Source: Acutalibacteraceae bacterium
GTDB lineage: Bacteria; Bacillota; Clostridia; Oscillospirales; Acutalibacteraceae
DNA length: 64,000 bases
NCBI GenBank assembly: GCA_045533835.1
Contig: JAZSIM010000014.1
Coordinates: 20,874 to 84,873, forward strand
Direction of reading: 5' to 3'
The notes beneath the pieces were generated by a model. That model saw only the letters and a list, made by a program, of their open reading frames with translations, was not told where the DNA came from and ran no database searches. How positions within the stretch are numbered: the first letter of the stretch is position 1; each line of letters starts with the position of its first letter. This document shows positions 1 through 8,057 of this stretch, one piece after another. A program made the position numbers and the translations under genes.

Positions 1-537
1 CACCGCCTCTATGCCGAGAATCGAAGCCTTGCAGAGCATTGTTAAAATTACAATGCCGTAAATAATGATCGGTATTTTCATAAGGCCTTTCAGGTTCATT
101 TTCGATTTCTCTATAAGGAAAATGAAAAGTCCCACAAGAACGACAATCAGAATCAGCTCGGGTACCGAGTAAAAGAACCTTTCCGGGACGGAAACGGTCA
201 GGGAATTGATACCCGTTACATATGCTGTTATGAAAAAGACGTGTGAACCGAGAAAGCATACAAAGCCCACAGCCGTGCAGGCAAAATGAAACCACAGATG
301 CAAAAACAGGTCGCCCAGCCACGAAAGAAGAAGAGCAAGAAGCATAGCCTTGTCAAATTCCGAGCATTCTCCGGTCATCAGAACACAAAGACCGCCCACA
401 GCCATATATCCCGTAGCTCCCACCATTTTAATAAGCAGGGATTTGGGGCAGGCGCCGTCCTTCTGTGCCTTAACAAAAGGGTATGTAAGGGCAATAACAC
501 CTACGGCAATTAAAACTGTCAGAATTTTAAGAAGCAT
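1..537 (-). CDS. YhhN-family membrane protein (lysoplasmalogenase-like); the 3' end runs off the window
   Basis: Absent from the ORF track because no stop lies in the window. Reverse translation from the ATG at 537..535 gives MLLKILTVLIAVGVIALTYPFVKAQKDG...LSWLGDLFLHLWF... with no stop through position 1. It is multi-TM and carries the LGDxxL motif also seen in the paralog at 21649..22362. Confidence 0.6.
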   Translation of the reverse strand, partial: MLLKILTVLIAVGVIALTYPFVKAQKDGACPKSLLIKMVGATGYMAVGGLCVLMTGECSEFDKAMLLALLLSWLGDLFLHLWFHFACTAVGFVCFLGSHVFFITAYVTGINSLTVSVPERFFYSVPELILIVVLVGLFIFLIEKSKMNLKGLMKIPIIIYGIVILTMLCKASILGIEAV

Positions 538-540
538 ATT

Positions 541-1800
541 TTAGCCCACCTTTTTTCTTCTTTTGAAGAAGTAAATCTGCACAATCACAACAACCGCAAC
601 CGCAGCAACGCAAAGGGCAATTCTTACGGGTGTTACGGTAGTGCCTGCGCTTCCGTCCTCAAGTGAGGAAAAATTCTTGTTCACGTCGTTTGCAGCCTTG
701 AAGAGCTCTGCGTGGCATTCCTGCATATCCCTGAGTGAGGAGGAATTATCTCCGAGAAGCCTCTCAGCCTGAGCCACCGCATCGGTATATGCCTTTTTTA
801 TGTCCGAGAGAATTTCATCCTTGAAATCGGGAAGAGTGTGATTTGTTACGTATTTGTCGTAAAGCTCCTGAAGCTCGCTTCTTGCCTCAATGCAGCCTTC
901 TTTATACTGTGAAAAACGTTCTGCGTGGTCCGTTATAATTACGGAATAGCCTCTGGAAATCAGGTCATCCCAGTACATCTCACAGTCCTCTCTGTAGCCT
1001 GAAATTTCAGGTGTTGTGGGGTCTGCAATGATTCTTAATTTTTCTCCGTAGCTGCCCAGAATGCTTCTGTAATAATTTATGCCGTAACGGTTTCCTGTCT
1101 TTAATTCAACAGCGGATGCGGACAAGCCCTCAAGCCCCTTTACATAGGACATAATATTGAAAATAACGTTTCCCTTTATTGAACCTGCAAGCACGGGCTT
1201 TTCGGAAGGCTCCGACACGGCTTCGTTTATTTCCTTTATTTTTCCGTCCGTCAGAATCACGCACATACCGAGTGCATCCTTTTCCTTAAGAAGCGCCGTT
1301 ACCTCGGGAATAAGAGAAGCCCCGCAGCGTATCATCAGGGGAATGTCATTTTCCTTTGCTGTATCAAGGGCTTCACCGAGAGTGGGAATTTTAACGTCCG
1401 TCACTTTTTCGTTGCTGCCGCCGCAGGCATTTCTGAGGAAATATTCTGAAAGCACGGAATACTCCGTATCCGCTACGGTGAAAATCTCCTCTGAGTCCAG
1501 CATTCTTTCCGTTGTATCGTCGCTGAAAAGAATAAGCTCTCCGTCAGCGGTGCGCTTTACGTCAACAGCCGCAAAATCAATCTCCGTCTGTGCGGCTCTT
1601 TCTATTGCAGGAAGAGTGTTTTCGGGAAATTCACCCCATTCACCCTTTGATGAAACACCGATTATTTCACCTGCGGGGTCAATGAAGCTGTCCATGGATG
1701 CTTCAATTCCTGATACTCTCTCTGCTGCACCTGCAAGGGGGATAAATGCCGTGAAAAGCACGGTTACCGCTAAAATTAAAGAGAAAATTTTTGTTTTCAT
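541..1800 (-). CDS. Glycerophosphodiester phosphodiesterase (GDPD)-like protein with a signal peptide and a C-terminal TM anchor
   Basis: ORF 541..1869; the likely start is MKTKIFSLILAVTVLFTAFIPLAGAAE at 1800. The GDPD-like core reads EFPENTLPAIERAA...IDFAAVDVKRTADGELILFSDD. The C-terminus (ALCVAAVAVVVIVQIYFFKRRKK) looks like a membrane anchor. Confidence 0.7.
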   Translation of the reverse strand: MKTKIFSLILAVTVLFTAFIPLAGAAERVSGIEASMDSFIDPAGEIIGVSSKGEWGEFPENTLPAIERAAQTEIDFAAVDVKRTADGELILFSDDTTERMLDSEEIFTVADTEYSVLSEYFLRNACGGSNEKVTDVKIPTLGEALDTAKENDIPLMIRCGASLIPEVTALLKEKDALGMCVILTDGKIKEINEAVSEPSEKPVLAGSIKGNVIFNIMSYVKGLEGLSASAVELKTGNRYGINYYRSILGSYGEKLRIIADPTTPEISGYREDCEMYWDDLISRGYSVIITDHAERFSQYKEGCIEARSELQELYDKYVTNHTLPDFKDEILSDIKKAYTDAVAQAERLLGDNSSSLRDMQECHAELFKAANDVNKNFSSLEDGSAGTTVTPVRIALCVAAVAVVVIVQIYFFKRRKKVG

Positions 1801-1954
1801 AGAAAATTCACTTTCGTTCAATACTTTTTGCTTTATCTTACCATATACTGTATTTATATTAGCATACAAAATTTACATTAACAAGCCCATTTTTTACAAT
1901 ACCGTTGTAAAGCGAAAATCTTTGTATATATTGTAATCTGTGTGAATTTTGATG

Positions 1955-1983
1955 TTTACAAATAACAGCCCCTGTGGTAGAAT
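1955..1983 (+). promoter_or_regulatory. SigmaA-type promoter candidate for the radical SAM gene
   Basis: TTTACA, 17 nt, then TAGAAT with TG immediately upstream of the -10 box, about 40 nt before the ATG at 2025. Confidence 0.45.
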
Positions 1984-2024
1984 TATTCGTCAGAATAAAC
2001 TTCCTTTTGAATGGAGAAGAGAAT

Positions 2025-3437
2025 ATGTCCTTAAAGAAAAAAGCAGTTGTTGCAGGTGCATCCGTTGCTCTTGACGGTGTGCTGAAGTATATTGATAAAA
2101 GACCCGAGGACGGCTTTGTCAATATTCTTACATTTGCAGAAAAGCTTATCGGCAATATGTTTCCTCCCGAAAACTTTGTAAAGCTTAAAGAGGGCGCAAA
2201 GGATCCCGATAACATATACGTAAAGCTCGGAAAGAGTATTCTGAGTGACATTGACCGCGGTATCATCAAGCATACCCTTCTTTCCCTCGGTGTCGAGGCA
2301 GGCTATTTCGGCACCAAGGAGGTACGCGCAAACCGTGAAAAGTATGACTGTAACATACCCTTCCAGATTCTCATTGACCCCACAAGTGCCTGTAATCTCA
2401 AGTGCAAGGGCTGCTGGGCTGCGGAATACGGCCACAAGCAGAGCCTGACTTATGATGAAATGGATTCCGTTGTAACTCAGGCAAAGGCACTCGGAACACA
2501 TTTCTATATGTTCACGGGCGGTGAGCCTCTTATCCGTAAGGACGATATCATCCGTCTTTGCGAGGCACATGCAGACTGTGCATTTATGGCTTACACAAAC
2601 GGCACACTCATTGACGATAAGTTCTGCGAGGAGGTTAAAAGAGTAGGAAACCTTGCATTTGCTCTGAGCATTGAGGGCACCGAGGAAAGCAACGACTTCC
2701 GCCGCGGCGAGGGTGCTTACAAGAGAACCATGGAAGCTATGGCAATGCTCAAGAAGCACAAGTGCCTCTTCGGTATTTCCGTATGCTACACAAGACTTAA
2801 CGTTGACTACGTTACAAGTGACGAATTTGTTGATCTTATGATTGAAAACGGCGTAAAGTATGCCTGGTATTTCAACTATATGCCCGTAGGCCACGGTGCA
2901 GACAAGGAGCTTATCCCCACTCCCGCACAGAGAAAGTATATGTACTTCTGGCTCAGAAAAATGAGAAACTCCAAGACAGGCAAGCCTATGTTCGTTATCG
3001 ACTTCCAGGATGACGGTGAATTTGTAGGCGGCTGTATCGCAGGCGGCAGAAACTACTTCCACGTAAACTCTGCGGGTGATATCGAGCCCTGCGTATTCAT
3101 ACATTACTCAGACTCAAACATCCGTACTCATACTCTTCTTGAGGCTCTTAAGAATCCTCTCTTTATGGAATACAGAAAGGGACAGCCCTTCAACGATAAC
3201 CATCTTCGTCCCTGTCCCATGCTTGAAAATCCCGACAAACTCCGTGAGATTATAAAGAAGACGGGCGCAAAGTCCACCAATCTCATCATTGAAGAGGATG
3301 TTGAAACTCTCTGCTCACGCTGTGATGAGTTCGCATACGAATGGGCACCCGTTGCAGATGAAATCTGGAAAACAACAAAGCATCCCAAAACGCACACTCA
3401 GTATTACAGGGATAACGGCAAGGCTGTAAGACAATAA
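2025..3437 (+). CDS. Radical SAM protein
   Basis: CNLKCKGCWA is a CX3CX2C cluster motif. GGEPL and a C-terminal Cys-containing region (GDIEPCVFIHYSD, RPCPMLENP) are also present. The start MSLKKK follows GGAGAAGAG. Confidence 0.85.
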   Translation: MSLKKKAVVAGASVALDGVLKYIDKRPEDGFVNILTFAEKLIGNMFPPENFVKLKEGAKDPDNIYVKLGKSILSDIDRGIIKHTLLSLGVEAGYFGTKEVRANREKYDCNIPFQILIDPTSACNLKCKGCWAAEYGHKQSLTYDEMDSVVTQAKALGTHFYMFTGGEPLIRKDDIIRLCEAHADCAFMAYTNGTLIDDKFCEEVKRVGNLAFALSIEGTEESNDFRRGEGAYKRTMEAMAMLKKHKCLFGISVCYTRLNVDYVTSDEFVDLMIENGVKYAWYFNYMPVGHGADKELIPTPAQRKYMYFWLRKMRNSKTGKPMFVIDFQDDGEFVGGCIAGGRNYFHVNSAGDIEPCVFIHYSDSNIRTHTLLEALKNPLFMEYRKGQPFNDNHLRPCPMLENPDKLREIIKKTGAKSTNLIIEEDVETLCSRCDEFAYEWAPVADEIWKTTKHPKTHTQYYRDNGKAVRQ

Positions 3438-3451
3438 TCTGCCGATTTTTC

Positions 3452-3480
3452 TTGATTGTGACCTGAATTTGTGGTATAAT
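3452..3480 (+). promoter_or_regulatory. SigmaA-type promoter candidate for the lipoprotein gene
   Basis: TTGATT, 17 nt, then TATAAT with a TG extension (tgtggTATAAT). Confidence 0.5.
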
Positions 3481-3515
3481 AGCTGTGATAAGCAATTATC
3501 ACGGCTATTTTTTTT
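3481..3515 (+). terminator. Rho-independent terminator after the radical SAM gene
   Basis: AGCTGTGATAA-gca-TTATCACGGCT hairpin followed by ATTTTTTTTT. Confidence 0.65.
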
Positions 3516-3528
3516 CGGAGGAAATAAA

Positions 3529-4470
3529 ATGAAAATAAAAAAAGCTATTGCTCTTTTATGTGCTTTTATAATCGTGCTTCTTTCGCTGTCCTCCTGCGGA
3601 TATGAAATAAGCATCAGGAAAAAAGGTGAGGGAAACGAGCTTACAACCACAATTGTGCTTGATCCCGATACAGGGCTTCCTGTTGACGAAGGAAATTCAG
3701 TTCAGCTTCCCGAGGTGACAACGCTTCCGTCTGCCGAAGCTACCACAAGCTCAGGTGCAGGAATTCAGATAGACAACACCTACAGACCTATGGCTATGTC
3801 CTCTCAGGATGTGCTTACCTTCTATAAGAGTGCAATGAATGACGTAAAGGTGCGCGCTCCCGGCTACACCCGTACTGAATATCAGGAGATGTCCGACGTA
3901 TCCGCGGGCGACGGCAATGTTCAGCTTATAAACAGAATCCTCAACCTTGTAGGTACGGAGCTTCTCAAGGATTCGGGCGATGAGCAGAAGACCATACAGA
4001 TTATGGCACACGATGATATTGCCGTGCGTGAAACCTTCCCCCTGTATAACAAGGATGTGGGCTGTGAGCTTAATGATATGTCAATCATAAAGTCCGCAAC
4101 CTGCTATACCGACGGACTTACCTACAAAATCATCATCACCTTTGACGATCAGCTGAATCCCGACTCTCATTACAGCTCCTTCTCTCAGATTATGACTCCC
4201 ATTGACCGCAATGCTCTTTCCGATCCCATTGAGGAATATCTCGTTGTGCTCGATTACAACAACTATAAGTTTGATATCAATTACACCAACTGCGAAATCA
4301 CCTGCATAATTGACAAGGCAACCAACCGTATGACGTCACTTAAGCATAAAATGATTATGGACGTGGAAATTGTCCTTAATCTTGACCTCATCCTTTTCCA
4401 GACAAAGAATGTCAAGGCAAAGGGCAGAATCGTCAATTTCCTGGAATACTACAGCTTTGATTGGACATAA
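3529..4470 (+). CDS. Lipoprotein of unknown function
   Basis: MKIKKAIALLCAFIIVLLSLSSCGY contains an LSSC lipobox. The RBS GGAGGAAA lies upstream. Confidence 0.7.
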   Translation: MKIKKAIALLCAFIIVLLSLSSCGYEISIRKKGEGNELTTTIVLDPDTGLPVDEGNSVQLPEVTTLPSAEATTSSGAGIQIDNTYRPMAMSSQDVLTFYKSAMNDVKVRAPGYTRTEYQEMSDVSAGDGNVQLINRILNLVGTELLKDSGDEQKTIQIMAHDDIAVRETFPLYNKDVGCELNDMSIIKSATCYTDGLTYKIIITFDDQLNPDSHYSSFSQIMTPIDRNALSDPIEEYLVVLDYNNYKFDINYTNCEITCIIDKATNRMTSLKHKMIMDVEIVLNLDLILFQTKNVKAKGRIVNFLEYYSFDWT

Positions 4471-4509
4471 GTCATAATTCACGGAATTATGAAGTGATAT
4501 TTTTTGCTT
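4463..4509 (+). repeat. 47-nt direct repeat, copy 1 (first hairpin plus one GTGATAT box)
   Basis: GGACATAAGTCATAATTCACGGAATTATGAAGTGATATTTTTTGCTT is identical to 4636..4682. It includes the last codons and the TAA stop of the lipoprotein gene. Confidence 0.9.
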
Positions 4510-4536
4510 GTAGGGGAGGGCGTCCTCGACCTCCCG
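4509..4536 (+). repeat. TTGTAGGGG hairpin module, copy 1
   Basis: TTGTAGGGGAGGGCGTCCTCGACCTCCCG. The related copy at 13935..13963 reads TTGTAGGGGATGGCGTCCCCGACATCCCG. Confidence 0.8.
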
Positions 4537-4568
4537 CATTGTACAGAAAAACAAAAAATATGCAAATT

Positions 4569-4610
4569 CCCGTGGGGGACAAAAATGTACCTCCACGGGA
4601 TATTTTTTTT
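4569..4610 (+). terminator. Rho-independent terminator
   Basis: CCCGTGGGGG...CCTCCACGGG stem followed by ATATTTTTTTT. Confidence 0.6.
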
Positions 4611-4635
4611 CTTATAATTTTATTGCATTCAGACG

Positions 4636-4776
4636 GGACATAAGTCATAATTCACGGAATTATGAAGTGATATTTTTTGCTTTGCAAAAAGTGATATTGC
4701 TTCGCAGTGATATTCATTCCTTCGGAATGAGTGATATATTTTCCTTCGGAAAATGTTTCGGAAGGCTTTCGCCTTT
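4636..4776 (+). repeat. GTGATAT-box / mini-hairpin array, plus-strand copy
   Basis: GTGATAT occurs at 4667, 4691, 4707 and 4731. The boxes are separated by short stem-loops (TCATAATTC/GAATTATGA, TTTTTGC/GCAAAAA, TGC/GCA, TCATTCC/GGAATGA, ATTTTCC/GGAAAAT, GAAGGC/GCCTTT). Confidence 0.85.
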
Positions 4777-4801
4777 TCCGCTTACGCTCTATAAAACAAT
4801 C

Positions 4802-4848
4802 AGGGTATCAGCCAAAATTTTATATATGGCTGATACCCTTAGTTTTTT
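4802..4848. terminator. Hairpin terminator between convergent units
   Basis: AGGGTATCAGCC-14 nt-GGCTGATACCCT followed by TAGTTTTTT on the plus strand. It lies just 3' of the minus-strand gene ending at 4866. Confidence 0.5.
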
Positions 4849-4865
4849 CAGAAGTTTGTTGGTTT

Positions 4866-5684
4866 TTACAGGCTTCTGAGATATTTTATGCTGGATTCAA
4901 CTGCGCTGAGCTCCGTGTTGCCCTTGTCGGGAGCATCCTGCTCAACGATGAACCATTCTGCGCCCGATTCCTCACCCGCTTTTATGATTGCAGGGATGTC
5001 CTGAACACCGCTGCCTACGGGCTTGAAGCTGAAATCCTCCTCGCTTGCGGTTTCCTCGTCATCCTCAATGCCGATAAGCTCATAGAGCTTCTTAGGCTTA
5101 TCCTTGCCCTTCATAACAAAGTCCTTGAGGTGGATAACGGGAGTTCTTCCCTTGTACTTGAGAATGTAAGGTGCAGGCTCTTCACCGCCGACGTTTACCC
5201 AGCAGGTGTCAAGCTCTGTCTGAAGACAGTCAGCAGGTACGGTGCTGTACATAACGTCAAGACCGTATTCACCGTCAATTTTTACGAATTCAAAATCGTG
5301 ATTGTGGTAAAGAAGTGTAAGCCCCTCTGCAGCAGCCCTTCTTCCGATTTCCTCAATCTTCTTAAGGGTTTCGGGATAGTCGGGTGTGCCGGGACGGTAC
5401 TTTTCGTCAACGTAAGGAATAGCGATAAACTTACAGCCGATTTCCTTGTAGTCGCAAATAACCTTATCCAGATCCGCAAGCATATCTGCGAGAGGCACGT
5501 GTGCGGATACTGCCTTGAGGGAATACTTTGCGAGAAGCTCCCTGACCTCTGCGGGAGTCTTGTCAAAAAGACCTGCAAATTCAACACCCTCATAGCCCAT
5601 ATCGGCTACCTTTTTAAGAGTGCCCTCAAAGTCCTTTGCCATTTCGTTCTTTACTGAATATAACTGAAGACCTATAGGTAACAT
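4866..5684 (-). CDS. Sugar phosphate isomerase/epimerase (xylose isomerase-like TIM barrel)
   Basis: MLPIGLQLYSVKNEMAKDFEGTLKKVADMGYEGVEFAG...LLYHNHDFEF. The RBS AAGGAG lies upstream. Confidence 0.8.
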   Translation of the reverse strand: MLPIGLQLYSVKNEMAKDFEGTLKKVADMGYEGVEFAGLFDKTPAEVRELLAKYSLKAVSAHVPLADMLADLDKVICDYKEIGCKFIAIPYVDEKYRPGTPDYPETLKKIEEIGRRAAAEGLTLLYHNHDFEFVKIDGEYGLDVMYSTVPADCLQTELDTCWVNVGGEEPAPYILKYKGRTPVIHLKDFVMKGKDKPKKLYELIGIEDDEETASEEDFSFKPVGSGVQDIPAIIKAGEESGAEWFIVEQDAPDKGNTELSAVESSIKYLRSL

Positions 5685-5716
5685 AGTGATTCTCCTTTGC
5701 TTTTATTTCCCTTATT

Positions 5717-5944
5717 TTACCACAGCAGAATATCTTTTACAATAGGAATTTCACTGAAAAAATCCCGTAAATCTTCTGTTGTCACCGTGTCCCTTTCCCG
5801 AATGCCCAGCCTTCCTCCCGTAACATCCCCCGTGTACTCGGTTGCCGTGATAAGTGCCGTTATACACATAATGACAAACACGGACAGAAAAAAGCTCCTT
5901 ATAATTCCCGCAAGCTCCCTGTCATACCTCTTATTTTTCTTCAT
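5717..5944 (-). CDS. Small membrane protein, hypothetical
   Basis: 75-aa ORF with one TM helix (FFLSVFVIMCITALITA). It overlaps the spoIIP stop by 14 nt and has a weak RBS. Confidence 0.3.
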   Translation of the reverse strand: MKKNKRYDRELAGIIRSFFLSVFVIMCITALITATEYTGDVTGGRLGIRERDTVTTEDLRDFFSEIPIVKDILLW

Positions 5945-7031
5945 AAGCCTTGATAATCTCAGTCAGCACCTTTCCCGTAAGATATCCCGAATACATAGCC
6001 TCGTCAAGGGTGTTTGCATCCGTACCCGTTTCAAGCAGCAGAGAGCATACCCCTAAATCCATATTATATTTTCTCTGGCAGAAGTATAAGGGCTTCATAA
6101 GCCCCTCGTATTTTTCTTCTGCCGTTTTCTGAAAGAGAAGCGCGAATTTAAGGTTATTCTCCCAATTCGGGAAATCTGTTATGTAACCCTCCTCGGCACC
6201 GGTTATTATCATAAGCTGAGCCGCCTTTCTGCCGTCAATTTCCGCCGTAGGCTTGGCGTGCTCCGAGTCCGAATAATAAATTGCATCGCGGTGTACGTCA
6301 AGAACAATCTGTATTGTGGGATTCTCTTCAAGGTGCTTTTCCACGCTTAAGCGTGAGCGTGAATATGCCCCCTCGTAAACCTCGTCATAAATATCCGTGT
6401 CGTGAATAAAGCCGATTCCGTTTTCCTCAAGCACCCTGCAGATTTCATCGCCCACACGTATCATATTCCTTTTGCTGTCGGTGCTTCTCGTTTTGTAATC
6501 CTCATAAAAGACACCGTTGTCGGAAAGAAGATAGCTTTCTGTGGTGTGCGTGTGGTAAATAAGCACCGTAGGGGCGGCTTTGTCCGTTATCTTGATATCG
6601 GGTCCCTTTTTCATCAGGGCTTCAAAATCAGGCTTTTTTGTGGCGGTAGTGTTCTTTATGTGAATTCCGTTTGCGCTGTCGGTAGCCCCCGAGGTGCGAA
6701 AAAATACCTCTCTTGTGCTGCCGGCAACGGAAGTCCCTCCGTAAGCCGAAAGATACTCCGCCTCAAAAGCCCTTACGTCAGATGGCGTTTCATAGACGGA
6801 AGATACCTCATCCTTTTTCTCCGGAGCCGGCTTTTGCTCCTGTGGAACCTTGGTGACGGGTGCCGGAGCCGTACCTTCTCCGCTTTCCCGCATAATAAAA
6901 AGCGAGCAGCCCTTATCCGTAAGCTCCGTCACGGGAAGTGCAAATTTTACAGTGAGAAAAAGGGACAGCACAGCAACCGCAATTTTAATAAGCCACGTCC
7001 CGTCACTCCTTAAAATAAACTTCACCTGCAC
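5931..7031 (-). CDS. spoIIP: Stage II sporulation protein P
   Basis: PTVLIYHTHTTESY and VLDVHRDA motifs plus an N-terminal TM segment. The start is a GTG at 7031 or 7025. It sits in gpr-spoIIP synteny. Confidence 0.85.
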   Translation of the reverse strand: MQVKFILRSDGTWLIKIAVAVLSLFLTVKFALPVTELTDKGCSLFIMRESGEGTAPAPVTKVPQEQKPAPEKKDEVSSVYETPSDVRAFEAEYLSAYGGTSVAGSTREVFFRTSGATDSANGIHIKNTTATKKPDFEALMKKGPDIKITDKAAPTVLIYHTHTTESYLLSDNGVFYEDYKTRSTDSKRNMIRVGDEICRVLEENGIGFIHDTDIYDEVYEGAYSRSRLSVEKHLEENPTIQIVLDVHRDAIYYSDSEHAKPTAEIDGRKAAQLMIITGAEEGYITDFPNWENNLKFALLFQKTAEEKYEGLMKPLYFCQRKYNMDLGVCSLLLETGTDANTLDEAMYSGYLTGKVLTEIIKAYEEK

Positions 7032-7061
7032 CGCCCCTTTCAGGATATTTCTTCTTAAATC

Positions 7062-7925
7062 TTATGCGCGGGTAAGTGAAATTATTTCTTCGCGGGTTAA
7101 ATTTTTCTGCAATGCGCAGTTTATTCCGAGAGCTATAAGCTGAGCTCCGCCCGAGGTGATGATGTCGGTATCCTTCGGTGTCACCATCATTCCTGAAAAT
7201 CTGCTGTCCCCCGGGCTTTTTCCCGTAAGGTCAAAGGAAAGCGTTGCGGCATCCACCACCGTAGGTATGCCTATTGCAATCACGGGTACACCGACGGTAT
7301 CGCGGTTTATTGCCTTTCGCTTATTACCCACTCCGGAGCCGGGCTCAATCCCCGTATTGCACAGCTGAATTGTAGTGCCGAGCCTCGTTATGCTTCTTGC
7401 CGCAAGGGCGTCTATCACAATGACGCAGGCGGGCTTTATTCTGTCTGCAATTCCCGAGATGATTTCCCCTGCTTCAATGCCCGTTTTTCCCGTAACCCCT
7501 GCCGAAATCACCGCAACGTCACGAAGACGGGGGAGCTTCAGCTCCTTTTCAGCTTCAGGTGTTATATGTCTTGTTGCAAGGATGCAGTCTGCACACTTGG
7601 GACCTATTGCATCGGGCGTGATGTCAGGATTGCCGAGGGCAGCAACCAGCACCGTGCCCTCAGACGGAAGCAGGTCCACAAGGCTTCCCGTCAGAAGCTC
7701 AAGTCTTCCGTCGCAAAGTGTTGAAGAATCGGGAAATGAGTCCGTTTCAAGGGTCACGTATTTTCCCCTTGGCTTCCCCAAAGCCCTTTCGCCCTCCTCA
7801 GAGGTAATTTCAATCACCGTTGCACGGCAGTCTTCATTCTCTCGGACGCGGACGTCCACACCCTCAAGCTCCCCGTGCGGGAGCATCTCCTGCCGTTCAA
7901 GGGCTAAATCTGTCCTTATATTCAT
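7062..7925 (-). CDS. gpr: Germination protease (GPR endopeptidase)
   Basis: MNIRTDLALERQEMLP... is a typical GPR N-terminus. The ORF-track start at 8339 is an upstream extension that overlaps rpsT on the other strand. Confidence 0.85.
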   Translation of the reverse strand: MNIRTDLALERQEMLPHGELEGVDVRVRENEDCRATVIEITSEEGERALGKPRGKYVTLETDSFPDSSTLCDGRLELLTGSLVDLLPSEGTVLVAALGNPDITPDAIGPKCADCILATRHITPEAEKELKLPRLRDVAVISAGVTGKTGIEAGEIISGIADRIKPACVIVIDALAARSITRLGTTIQLCNTGIEPGSGVGNKRKAINRDTVGVPVIAIGIPTVVDAATLSFDLTGKSPGDSRFSGMMVTPKDTDIITSGGAQLIALGINCALQKNLTREEIISLTRA

Positions 7926-7995
7926 AATATCACCGCTATTATCTTTTACAGGTTTGTAAATAATATACAAAGCCTTAAAAATATAAAAAAAACAG

Positions 7996-8024
7996 TTGAT
8001 TTTCCTGTTACTTCGTGATATTAT
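7996..8024 (+). promoter_or_regulatory. SigmaA-type promoter candidate for rpsT
   Basis: TTGATT, 17 nt, then TATTAT with a TG extension. Confidence 0.55.
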
Positions 8025-8057
8025 ATAGCACGTATGAAGAGAAGGAGGTGTAATACT

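Noticed and set aside
1157-1936. A 259-aa plus-strand ORF lies inside the GDPD-like gene.
   Set aside because: It is antisense to a gene with clear family motifs. It is Ser-rich and low-complexity, and it has no RBS.
2031-3104. A 357-aa minus-strand ORF lies inside the radical SAM gene.
   Set aside because: It is antisense to a gene with an unambiguous CX3CX2C radical SAM motif, and it has no recognisable domain or RBS.
4636-4776. The regularly spaced GTGATAT repeats could be a CRISPR-like array.
   Set aside because: The repeat unit is only 7 nt and the spacings are 16-24 nt. The 'spacers' are themselves conserved hairpins between the two copies, and no cas genes are present.
4731-5657. A 308-aa plus-strand ORF overlaps the sugar phosphate isomerase gene.
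   Set aside because: It is an antisense shadow ORF. Its 5' part translates through the repeat array and the terminator hairpin.
7926-8030. A forespore sigmaF/sigmaG promoter might sit upstream of gpr.
   Set aside because: A GTATA ... GATAATA pair is present on the minus strand, but its spacing (about 20 nt) does not fit the consensus as I remember it. The evidence is too weak to annotate.
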